The notes under the pieces are model-generated. The model made no database searches and was not told the DNA's origin. It saw only the letters and a program-made list of their open reading frames with translations. A DNA stretch of 64,000 bases, taken from positions 40,327-104,326 of the forward strand of contig CAZQQU010000003.1 of NCBI GenBank assembly GCA_964595625.1. The letters are read 5' to 3'. Source of the stretch: an uncultured Flavobacteriaceae bacterium (GTDB lineage: Bacteria > Bacteroidota > Bacteroidia > Flavobacteriales > Flavobacteriaceae). The position numbers and the translations under genes were made by a program. Shown one piece after another: positions 16,992-25,269 of the stretch; position 1 is the stretch's first letter; each line of letters opens with the position of its first letter.

Positions 16992-18206
16992 ATGCTAAAA
17001 ACAGCTGCTTTAACAGCATTGGGATATTTAGCCATAGCGTCCCTACTGGGATTGGCGCTTCGTTATACTGCCCTAGCAGAGCTACCGATAACGTATCGGT
17101 ATTTTGTACATGGCCACTCGCATATTGCTATGCTGGGATGGATTTATATTGCTCTGACGACTCTTATTTACAAGGCCTATCTTCACACTGAGTCCGTACC
17201 TTTTTCTTATAAAATACTTTTTGTTTGTACCCAAATTACCCTATTAGGTATGTTGATTGCCTTTCCGCTGCAGGGATATGCTTTATTTTCCATACTCTTT
17301 TCGAGTCTGTTTTTAATCGCCAGCTACGGATTTATATACTTTTTTTTCAAAAATGTTTACCCGGAAAATAAAAACACTTTCTCTTATCATTTGATCAAAC
17401 AGGCCTTGGGGTTTTTGGGCTTGTCAAGTATAGGCGCTTGGTCTTTGGGCATTATCATGACTACCGCCGGAAATACTTCGATTTATTACAAATTGGCGAT
17501 TTATTTCTTTTTACATTTTCAATACAACGGATGGATGCTTCTCGCTGTTTTGGGCTTGTTTTTTTATGTTTTGGAGAAAAAAAATATTGTTTTTTCTAAA
17601 GAAAAAACCCTCTCTTTAAGACGTTGGATAGCCGGCAGTGTGTATCTGACTTATTTGTTGTCGGCTTTGTTTGCCCAGCCCCATGAAAGTATTTATGCTT
17701 TAGCCGGCATAGGCGTTCTTTTACAACTCATGGCTTTTGCCAAAGTTTGGAAAATGGTTCGGTCAAAACACAACGCTATTCAACAAGTTTTTCCTCAAAA
17801 AATATTTTGGATACTCGCTTTATCGGGACTATTGTGGGTGGTAAAACTACTGTTGCAAACACTTTCTGTCTTCCCGTATTTTGCCGATTTGGCTTATCAA
17901 TTCCCCGATTTTATCATCGGATATCTGCACTGGGTTTTTCTTGGAATTATCAGTTTGGCTCTCTTCGGGTTAACAACATCTTTTGATTTATTGACTCTAT
18001 CACAAAAACTTATGTCTTTGTTTTTAATAGGTTTTGCGGCTACAGAATTATTGATATTCTACCGTGCCATGGCTCAATGGCTGGATATGCCTTTGCCATC
18101 ACAATTTCTATTCGCCTTATTTTTAGCAAGTTTGGTATTATTTATCGGAATTGCGGGCTTGCTTTTGAAGAATATTTCGATTTTATTTTTTGATAAAACA
18201 AAATAA
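16992..18206 (+). CDS. Polytopic (about 12 TM) membrane protein of unknown function, co-operonic with the HCO-like gene
   Basis: 404 aa and hydrophobic throughout. It has three His-containing helix motifs (HGHSHIAMLGW, HFQYNGW, YLHWVFLG). Any NnrS-like resemblance is only impressionistic. Confidence 0.5.
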   Translation: MLKTAALTALGYLAIASLLGLALRYTALAELPITYRYFVHGHSHIAMLGWIYIALTTLIYKAYLHTESVPFSYKILFVCTQITLLGMLIAFPLQGYALFSILFSSLFLIASYGFIYFFFKNVYPENKNTFSYHLIKQALGFLGLSSIGAWSLGIIMTTAGNTSIYYKLAIYFFLHFQYNGWMLLAVLGLFFYVLEKKNIVFSKEKTLSLRRWIAGSVYLTYLLSALFAQPHESIYALAGIGVLLQLMAFAKVWKMVRSKHNAIQQVFPQKIFWILALSGLLWVVKLLLQTLSVFPYFADLAYQFPDFIIGYLHWVFLGIISLALFGLTTSFDLLTLSQKLMSLFLIGFAATELLIFYRAMAQWLDMPLPSQFLFALFLASLVLFIGIAGLLLKNISILFFDKTK

Positions 18207-18218
18207 TCTCAACTCACT

Positions 18219-18602
18219 TTACAAGCGACTTTCATAAATGCTGAGGTATAGGTGTGTAGCCATTTTTCGGGCATTGTTTTTGGCGCGTTCGGCCAATTCA
18301 CCTTCAAACAACTCATCTATGGTTTGAATCCACAAATTCAGCCATTCGCCAAAATGCTCCTGCTGAATGATATTAGAAAAATGCGAATCGACCTGTATGT
18401 GCGCCAAACGCGGATTTCCTTTGTACTTGGCTTTAAAAAACAAATTGCTCTCCCAAAAATCTGTCAGTTTTTCTAAATGTTCGTCCCAATTGTGAATGAT
18501 TTCGTTAAAAAACCGACCAATAAATTCGCTCGTTCTTACTTTTCCGTAAAAAGTAGAAACCAGTAAATACACATCGTCCCGCGATTCAATTTGTTTTTTC
18601 AT
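18219..18602 (-). CDS. Truncated haemoglobin, group III-like (Ctb-like)
   Basis: 127 aa. The pattern FYGKVR...FF...W.EH..KL.DFW...Y.GNP...H...F..WL.LW matches my memory of C. jejuni Ctb-type globins. Confidence 0.7.
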   Translation of the reverse strand: MKKQIESRDDVYLLVSTFYGKVRTSEFIGRFFNEIIHNWDEHLEKLTDFWESNLFFKAKYKGNPRLAHIQVDSHFSNIIQQEHFGEWLNLWIQTIDELFEGELAERAKNNARKMATHLYLSIYESRL

Positions 18603-18883
18603 ACTATTAAATGAAAAATAATGATTCCTAAACTCACAAAAATACTAAGCAATAACGAGTTAAACACAAATCCGGGTTTCATTTGTGCCAACACCGAAGC
18701 GTTGTACCACATAGCTACCGAAACCACCATCACCAATTGAATAAGTTCGGAAATTCCCGTGCCGCTTTGTAAAACAAACATAGCGGCAATAGAACCAATA
18801 CAGCTCGAGGCAATAATACCCAAGGTAATGTTCAGATAAAACATTTGCTGAAAATCGGAGCGTAATTTTTTATACAATCTCAT
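18599..18883 (-). CDS. Small three-TM membrane protein, overlapping the globin start (ATGA)
   Basis: 94 aa and hydrophobic, with a 4-nt overlap with the downstream globin gene. Confidence 0.5.
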   Translation of the reverse strand: MRLYKKLRSDFQQMFYLNITLGIIASSCIGSIAAMFVLQSGTGISELIQLVMVVSVAMWYNASVLAQMKPGFVFNSLLLSIFVSLGIIIFHLIV

Positions 18884-19064
18884 CTGTTTTATATTTTAAT
18901 TATTATCAAAGATTTCTAGCCAAAACACATTTTCAGGTGTTTGGACAATATGTTAATCCGGCATTTCATGAAATGATTTTTTCAGTAATAAAATTATTTC
19001 TCCTCAAAAAATTTATTTATGACCTGAATCATAATCCTCTGCAGGGTTATTTGGGATTTAAGAT

Positions 19065-19076
19065 TGACATTTGTCA
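19065..19076 (+). promoter_or_regulatory. FNR/FixK-type box TGACATTTGTCA upstream of ccoI
   Basis: 14-mer TTGACATTTGTCAT. The dyad centre is 36.5 bp from the terminal G of the -7-like element CACTTTTG (19100-19107). Confidence 0.55.
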
Positions 19077-19134
19077 TTGTTTACCCGATTATTCCATTGC
19101 ACTTTTGTACCATAGTATCGGATACTGAAAATAT

Positions 19135-21522
19135 ATGGCAAAGGAGGTATCTTGTTATCACTGCGGAAACAGTTGTAACGAAGGCGAGATCGTTACTGAC
19201 GGAAAGAATTTTTGTTGCAACGGTTGTAAAACCGTTTACGAAATTTTTGCCGCCAGCGACCTTACTTGTTATTACGATTTGCAACAATCTCCGGGGGCTA
19301 TTCCCAAGGAAATAAAAGGGAAATACGATTTTTTAGACAACCCGGATATCGCCTCCAAAATCCTTGAGTTTGACGATGATAAACTGCAAATTGTTTTACT
19401 CTACATACCTCATATTCACTGTAGTTCGTGTATTTGGATTTTAGAAAATCTAAACAAACTCAACCCGGAAATTACCTCCTCGCAAGTAAATTTTCCAAAA
19501 AAAATCGTTCGTATACAGTTTAAAAAACAGGGAGTTTCTCTCAAAGAAGTAGTGCTTTTACTGTGTAGCATCGGCTATGAACCCTATATCAGTTTGGAGA
19601 ATTACGAAGGAAAACCCAGGGTCACCGACCGCAGTTTGCTATACAAACTAGCCACTGCGGGATTTGCCTTTGGAAATATCATGTTTTTATCCTTTCCCGA
19701 ATATTTTGACTTCAACGATCTTTGGCTTGAACAATACAAACATTTGTTCCGTTGGATGATGTTTGCTTTTTCGGTGCCGGTGTTGTTATACTCTGCCTCG
19801 GGTTATTTTGTTTCGGCTTATTTAGGGTTGAAAAGGGGCTTTTTAAACATCGATGTGCCTTTGGCTTTGGGAATACTGGTTTTGTTTGTTCGCAGTGTGG
19901 TAGAAATTTCTTTCGACTGGGGTTCGGGGTTTTTTGACAGTTTTTCGGGGTTGGTATTTTTTATTTTGTTAGGAAAATATTTCCAACAACGCACCTATAA
20001 TTTTCTTTCATTTGAAAGGGATTACAAATCGTATTTCCCCATCGCTGTAACTCGCATTCGCGACGGTATAGAAGAATCGGCGCCGGTGTACAACATTCAA
20101 AAGGGCGATAGATTACTGATTAGAAACGAAGAACTCATCCCGGTGGACGGTATTTTGATTAAAGGAAACGGGAGGGTGGATTACAGTTTTGTCACCGGAG
20201 AATCCGTTCCTGTACGAAAAGAATCAGGTGATAAAATATTTGCCGGAGGCAAACAAATAGCAGGCCTCATAGAGATGGAAAGCTTGAAAGCGGTATCACA
20301 AAGCTACCTTACCCAACTATGGAGCAACGATGTTTTTAACAAAGACAAAGAACACGCATTTGTGGGGTTGACCAACCGAGTGAGCAAATATTTTACCATC
20401 GTCATTCTTATCATAGCTTTTGCTTCGTTGGGAATTTGGACGTATTTAGGTAATTTCCCGGTAGCCATTCAGGCATTTACAGCGGTTTTAATCATTGCCT
20501 GCCCCTGTGCCTTGGCCATGTCAGTGCCGTTTACCATGGGAAATATGCTTCGTATTTTCGGGCGACTCAAATTTTATCTAAAAAACGCTAATGTCATTGA
20601 GAAACTGGCAGCGATTGACACTATCATTTTTGACAAAACCGGAACGATTACCACCGGCACCAAAAGCAATATCAGTTATGATGGTGTGCCGCTCACTCAC
20701 GAAGAAGCTGCGTTGCTCAAATCTACGTTGCGAACCTCAAACCACCCGCTCAGTCGTTCGCTTTACGCTATTTTAAAAGAAAACGACATTCTTACCTTAG
20801 ACGAATACCAAGAGCATGTGGGGCAGGGTTTACAAGCTCAAGCCAACGGAAACAGCATTAAAATAGGTTCGTCTGATTTTGTAAATAAAAAGTCGGCTCC
20901 CTCTGAAAAAGTATACCACGAAACCTCCGTGCATATCAGCACCAACGATACTTACAAAGGAAAATTTGTTTTCAAAAATCAATACCGCGAAAATGTAAAA
21001 GAAACTTTTGAAATTTTGGGTAAAAACTATCATTTGGCCATACTATCGGGAGACAACGAAGGTGAAAAAATATACCTTCGCGAAATTTTACCCCCACAAA
21101 CTGAACTGGCTTTCAACCAAAAACCAGACGACAAATTAAAGCATATTGAACATCTGCAGAATTTCGGTCATCGAGTAATGATGGTAGGAGACGGGCTAAA
21201 CGACGCCGGAGCTTTACAACAAAGCGATGTGGGAATAGCTATTTCGGAGAATGTCAATGTTTTCTCTCCCGCCTGCGACGGAATTTTGGATGCGTCCAAG
21301 TTTAAAGAGCTTCCTCATTACATCCGAGCGTCCAATACTGCCATTAAAATTGTCAAAGCGAGTATTACCATCTCATTTTTATACAATATAGTGGGCCTGT
21401 ACTTTGCGGTTACCGGACAATTAGCCCCGGTAGTAGCTGCCATTATCATGCCCATGAGTTCGATTAGCGTAGTAGCATTTACGACTGTAATGACTAACTT
21501 AACAGGAAGAAAATTGAGATAA
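19135..21522 (+). CDS. ccoI: Copper-translocating P1B-type ATPase for cbb3 assembly (CcoI/FixI)
   Basis: N-terminal CYHCGNSC...CCNGC motif, transmembrane CPC, DKTGTIT phosphorylation site and the GDGLNDAGAL hinge. Confidence 0.9.
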   Translation: MAKEVSCYHCGNSCNEGEIVTDGKNFCCNGCKTVYEIFAASDLTCYYDLQQSPGAIPKEIKGKYDFLDNPDIASKILEFDDDKLQIVLLYIPHIHCSSCIWILENLNKLNPEITSSQVNFPKKIVRIQFKKQGVSLKEVVLLLCSIGYEPYISLENYEGKPRVTDRSLLYKLATAGFAFGNIMFLSFPEYFDFNDLWLEQYKHLFRWMMFAFSVPVLLYSASGYFVSAYLGLKRGFLNIDVPLALGILVLFVRSVVEISFDWGSGFFDSFSGLVFFILLGKYFQQRTYNFLSFERDYKSYFPIAVTRIRDGIEESAPVYNIQKGDRLLIRNEELIPVDGILIKGNGRVDYSFVTGESVPVRKESGDKIFAGGKQIAGLIEMESLKAVSQSYLTQLWSNDVFNKDKEHAFVGLTNRVSKYFTIVILIIAFASLGIWTYLGNFPVAIQAFTAVLIIACPCALAMSVPFTMGNMLRIFGRLKFYLKNANVIEKLAAIDTIIFDKTGTITTGTKSNISYDGVPLTHEEAALLKSTLRTSNHPLSRSLYAILKENDILTLDEYQEHVGQGLQAQANGNSIKIGSSDFVNKKSAPSEKVYHETSVHISTNDTYKGKFVFKNQYRENVKETFEILGKNYHLAILSGDNEGEKIYLREILPPQTELAFNQKPDDKLKHIEHLQNFGHRVMMVGDGLNDAGALQQSDVGIAISENVNVFSPACDGILDASKFKELPHYIRASNTAIKIVKASITISFLYNIVGLYFAVTGQLAPVVAAIIMPMSSISVVAFTTVMTNLTGRKLR

Positions 21523-21563
21523 AAAATTAGGTCGATTTTAGACTGTCTCTAAATAGACAAATA

Positions 21564-21575
21564 TGACTAATGTCA
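21564..21575 (+). promoter_or_regulatory. FNR/FixK-type box TGACTAATGTCA upstream of ccoS-ccoNO
   Basis: 14-mer ATGACTAATGTCAT with perfect arms. The dyad centre is 36.5 bp from the terminal G of TATTTTTG (21599-21606). Confidence 0.55.
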
Positions 21576-21623
21576 TTTTTTGACGTAGCGTCGAAAAGTA
21601 TTTTTGATAGCAAATTCAGTCGC

Positions 21624-21833
21624 ATGAGCGTAATATACTTAACCTTAGCAATAAGTACCTTGGTAGCTATTGTCTTTTTCTTCATTTTTATTTTAAGTGT
21701 GAAAAAAGGACAGTATGACGACACCTATACCCCATCGGTAAGGATGCTTTTTGAAGACGAACTCGTAAAGGACAAAAATAAAATCGATATACAAGAAACC
21801 TCAACTAAAAAGTCCACTAATAAAGAAAACTAA
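21624..21833 (+). CDS. ccoS: cbb3 oxidase maturation protein CcoS
   Basis: A single TM segment followed by KKGQYDD, the CcoS signature. The internal ATG at 21624 is preferred over the ORF-track start. Confidence 0.75.
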   Translation: MSVIYLTLAISTLVAIVFFFIFILSVKKGQYDDTYTPSVRMLFEDELVKDKNKIDIQETSTKKSTNKEN

Positions 21834-21835
21834 TT

Positions 21836-24040
21836 ATGGAAGTACAGCAGTTTTATTATGATAACAAAATCGTAAAGAAGTTTATTTACGCAACGATACT
21901 CTGGGGCGTCGTGGGAATGGCCGTGGGATTGTTGCTTGCTTTTATGTTTTTATTCCCCAATCTTACCGAAGGTATCTCTTGGCTTAGCTTTGGACGGCTA
22001 AGACCCTTACATACCAATGCGGTGATTTTTGCTTTTGTGGGGAACGCTATTTTTGCAGGGGTCTATTACTCATTACAAAGGCTCTTAAAAACCCGGATGT
22101 ATAGTAACTTTTTGAGTAATTTCAACTTCTGGGGATGGCAACTTATCATTGTTTCGGCAGCACTCACACTACCTTTGGGGTTTACCACTTCAAAAGAATA
22201 TGCTGAACTCGAATGGCCTATCGATATTGCTATTGCATTAGTTTGGGTGGCTTTTGGGGTGAATATGATTGGTACCATCTTACGAAGAAGACAACGGCAT
22301 TTGTACGTGGCTATCTGGTTTTATTTAGCCACTTTTGTGACTGTAGCTGTACTCCATATTTTCAACAGCTTAGCGCTTCCGGTAGATTTCTTAAAAAGTT
22401 ATTCGGTATATGCCGGAGTACAAGACGCATTGGTGCAATGGTGGTACGGACATAATGCCGTGGCATTTTTCTTGACCACACCCTTTTTGGGTTTGATGTA
22501 CTACTATGTGCCCAAAATTGCTGATCGCCCCATATACTCCTACCGCTTGTCCATTGTACACTTTTGGTCATTAATCTTTATCTACATTTGGGCAGGTCCT
22601 CACCACTTGTTATACACTGCTTTACCCACCTGGGCACAAAGCTTGGGGGTAACCTTCTCGATCATGTTGATAGCTCCTTCTTGGGGTGGTATGATCAACG
22701 GACTTTTAACCTTAAGAGGTGCTTGGGACAAAGTACGTACCGATCCCACTCTCAAATTTATGGTGGTAGCTATCACCGGTTACGGTATGGCCACTTTTGA
22801 AGGCCCGATGTTATCGCTTAAAAATGTCAATGCAATTGCCCACTTTACCGACTGGATTATTGCACACGTACACGTAGGTGCCTTGGCTTGGAACGGATTT
22901 TTAACCTTCGGTATGGTCTATTGGTTGGTGCCCAAACTTTTTAAAACCAAATTATACTCCACTGCCTTAGCCAATACCCACTTCTGGTTAGGAACCCTCG
23001 GAATTGTTTTATACGCTCTGCCGATGTACGTAGCCGGCGTGGTTCAGGCTTCTATGTGGAAACAATTCAACCCCGACGGAACTTTGGTTTACGGTAACTT
23101 TATGGAAACCGTTACCGAAATTATCCCGATGTACTGGATGCGTGCCATAGGCGGTAGCTTATACATCTTGGGTATGTTTATATTACTCTACAACATTATC
23201 AAAACCATCAAAAGCGGTAGTGCTGTCACCGACGAGTTGGCTGAAGCCGCTCCTCTCGAAAAAGTTTCTAAAAGACGTGTTTCCGGTGAGGGGTATCACT
23301 CTTGGTTAGAAAGAAGACCGGTACAACTTACCATTTTTGCAACCATTGCCATCTTAATCGGTGGAATTGTGCAAATTGTTCCGACCTTAGTCGTCAAATC
23401 AAACATTCCTACTATCACGAGTGTGCATCCTTATACACCCTTGGAGCTCGAAGGAAGAGACCTCTACATCCGGGAAGGCTGTGTGGGCTGTCACTCACAA
23501 ATGGTTCGGCCTTTTAGGAGTGAAACCGAGCGGTATAATGGCGAGTATGCCAAAGCCGGAGAGTTTGTTTACGACCACCCGTTTTTGTGGGGTAGTAAAC
23601 GTACCGGACCCGACTTACTTCGGGTGGGTGGGAAATACTCCGACAGTTGGCATTTTAACCACTTTTACGACCCGCAGAGTACCTCGACCAACTCTATTAT
23701 GCCAAGCTATAAATGGCTAATTACCAACAAATTAAACAAGTCCAAAACCGAAAATAAAATGCAGATAATGCGTAAGTTGGGCGTGCCTTATTCGGAAGAA
23801 GACATCAACCGAGCACAAGAATGGATGCTTGAACAAGGGTCGCAAATAGAGCAAAACCTTATGGGAGACCCCGAATTTACTCGGGTATATGAAGCCGAAA
23901 AACAGTACAACCTTGAGAATGGTTTGGAATTTATAGAAATGAAGAACCGTGAAGTGGTTGCGTTAATCGCTTACTTACAACGTCTTGGAACCGATATCAA
24001 AATAAAAAATCAAGAGGAAACAACCTCACAAAACCAATAA
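21836..24040 (+). CDS. ccoN: cbb3-type cytochrome c oxidase, fused subunits I and II (CcoN-CcoO)
   Basis: The CcoN part carries LRPLHT, WWYGHNAV, GPHH and AHVHVG. The C-terminal CcoO part carries the CVGCH haem site. This fusion is usual in Bacteroidota. Confidence 0.9.
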   Translation: MEVQQFYYDNKIVKKFIYATILWGVVGMAVGLLLAFMFLFPNLTEGISWLSFGRLRPLHTNAVIFAFVGNAIFAGVYYSLQRLLKTRMYSNFLSNFNFWGWQLIIVSAALTLPLGFTTSKEYAELEWPIDIAIALVWVAFGVNMIGTILRRRQRHLYVAIWFYLATFVTVAVLHIFNSLALPVDFLKSYSVYAGVQDALVQWWYGHNAVAFFLTTPFLGLMYYYVPKIADRPIYSYRLSIVHFWSLIFIYIWAGPHHLLYTALPTWAQSLGVTFSIMLIAPSWGGMINGLLTLRGAWDKVRTDPTLKFMVVAITGYGMATFEGPMLSLKNVNAIAHFTDWIIAHVHVGALAWNGFLTFGMVYWLVPKLFKTKLYSTALANTHFWLGTLGIVLYALPMYVAGVVQASMWKQFNPDGTLVYGNFMETVTEIIPMYWMRAIGGSLYILGMFILLYNIIKTIKSGSAVTDELAEAAPLEKVSKRRVSGEGYHSWLERRPVQLTIFATIAILIGGIVQIVPTLVVKSNIPTITSVHPYTPLELEGRDLYIREGCVGCHSQMVRPFRSETERYNGEYAKAGEFVYDHPFLWGSKRTGPDLLRVGGKYSDSWHFNHFYDPQSTSTNSIMPSYKWLITNKLNKSKTENKMQIMRKLGVPYSEEDINRAQEWMLEQGSQIEQNLMGDPEFTRVYEAEKQYNLENGLEFIEMKNREVVALIAYLQRLGTDIKIKNQEETTSQNQ

Positions 24041-24043
24041 GTT

Positions 24044-24235
24044 ATGTTGAAATTTGTAAAAGGACATATGGAAAGTATTGATGGTGTAGAGGTTTACCCC
24101 ATCATCTCTCTGCTGATTTTCTTTATCTTCTTTGCCCTACTTTTTATTTGGGTATTGACAGCTAAGAAAAGTTATATTGAAAAGGTTAGTAACATTCCTC
24201 TAGAAAACGAGGAAGAAAATACCGGCGCATTATGA
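24044..24235 (+). CDS. Small single-TM cbb3 subunit (CcoQ-like)
   Basis: 63 aa with one TM segment, lying between ccoNO and ccoP and overlapping ccoP by 4 nt. Confidence 0.55.
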   Translation: MLKFVKGHMESIDGVEVYPIISLLIFFIFFALLFIWVLTAKKSYIEKVSNIPLENEEENTGAL

Positions 24236-25191
24236 AAACATTTTGGTCCATTTTTAGAATTGCAGTTATTGCTGTCATCTCCCTGTACTTAATCGAAAAA
24301 TTATCCGGTGTAGCTGAAGGCGAGTGGGCTATTATTCAACACCCGGTATTGATTCTCGTGTGGTTGGGAATTGCCCTGTTCATGACAGCCATTGAAGTGA
24401 GCATAGCTTCTTTGAGAAGATTATTGTTTCACACTTTAAGTGACGAAGCAAAAGTCAAATATTTGGCTGCCGAAGAAATAAGAAATGAGAAATTTACCGG
24501 AAGATTTAAAAAATTGTATCACCGATTGGTGGATTCTAAACCTGTCGAAAAAGAGGGCGAAATTCTTCTAGACCACGATTACGACGGTATCAGGGAATTG
24601 GACAACAACTTACCTCCGTGGTGGTTATACGGTTTTTATATTTCGATACTTTTTGCCATAATTTATATGGTGCGTTTTCACGTATTTGACGGAAAACAAC
24701 AAGATGAAGAATACCAAATGGAAATGGCAAAAGCCGCTCTCGAGATAGAAGAATACAAAAAGAATGCGAAGGATTTAGTCGACGCCAGCACTGTTGTGGT
24801 TCTCACAGATCCGGCGGATTTAAATACCGGAAAATCAGTTTTTGAAACTACTTGTGCGACTTGTCACAGAGCTGACGGAGGTGGTGGTATCGGCCCCAAT
24901 CTTACTGATGATTACTGGATTATGGGCGGGGATATCCGTGATATTTTTACGGTAATTTCAGAAGGTGGTCGCCCGGGTAAAGGGATGATTGCATGGAAAA
25001 ACGACCTCAGCCCGTTGCAAATTGCACAAACCGCCAGTTATATTACCACGCTATATGGAACCAACCCTGCTGACGCCAAAGATCCGGAAGGAGAATTATA
25101 TGTCAAAGATGGGGATTCGGGTGAACAAGCCACTGATACCGAAACCATAGATAGCGCAGAGTCGGAAAGTGTTTCGGAAGTAGAACAATAA
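24232..25191 (+). CDS. ccoP: cbb3-type oxidase cytochrome c subunit CcoP (single CxxCH seen)
   Basis: The N-terminal TM region includes the DHDYDGIRELDNNLPPWW motif. There is one CATCH site and an acidic C-terminal tail. Confidence 0.8.
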   Translation: MKTFWSIFRIAVIAVISLYLIEKLSGVAEGEWAIIQHPVLILVWLGIALFMTAIEVSIASLRRLLFHTLSDEAKVKYLAAEEIRNEKFTGRFKKLYHRLVDSKPVEKEGEILLDHDYDGIRELDNNLPPWWLYGFYISILFAIIYMVRFHVFDGKQQDEEYQMEMAKAALEIEEYKKNAKDLVDASTVVVLTDPADLNTGKSVFETTCATCHRADGGGGIGPNLTDDYWIMGGDIRDIFTVISEGGRPGKGMIAWKNDLSPLQIAQTASYITTLYGTNPADAKDPEGELYVKDGDSGEQATDTETIDSAESESVSEVEQ

Positions 25192-25209
25192 AATTCAATC
25201 AACAAGGCG

Positions 25210-25253
25210 CTAAGACATCAGGATTTGACAAGAGAAAAATTCGGATGTCTTAG
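25210..25253 (+). terminator. Long-loop hairpin between ccoP and ccoG
   Basis: 10-bp stem CTAAGACATC / GATGTCTTAG followed by TGATTTTT. The 24-nt loop makes its function uncertain. Confidence 0.35.
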
Positions 25254-25269
25254 TGATTTTTAAAAAGTT

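Noticed and set aside
19020-19031. Second box-like sequence TGACCTGAATCA in the trHb/ccoI divergent region
   Set aside because: It has one arm mismatch and no -7 element at the 36.5-bp offset on either strand. I treat it as unsupported.
21583-21593. GACG-TAG-CGTC palindrome upstream of ccoS
   Set aside because: It is short, has odd spacing, occurs once, and lies between the box and the -7 element. It is likely chance.
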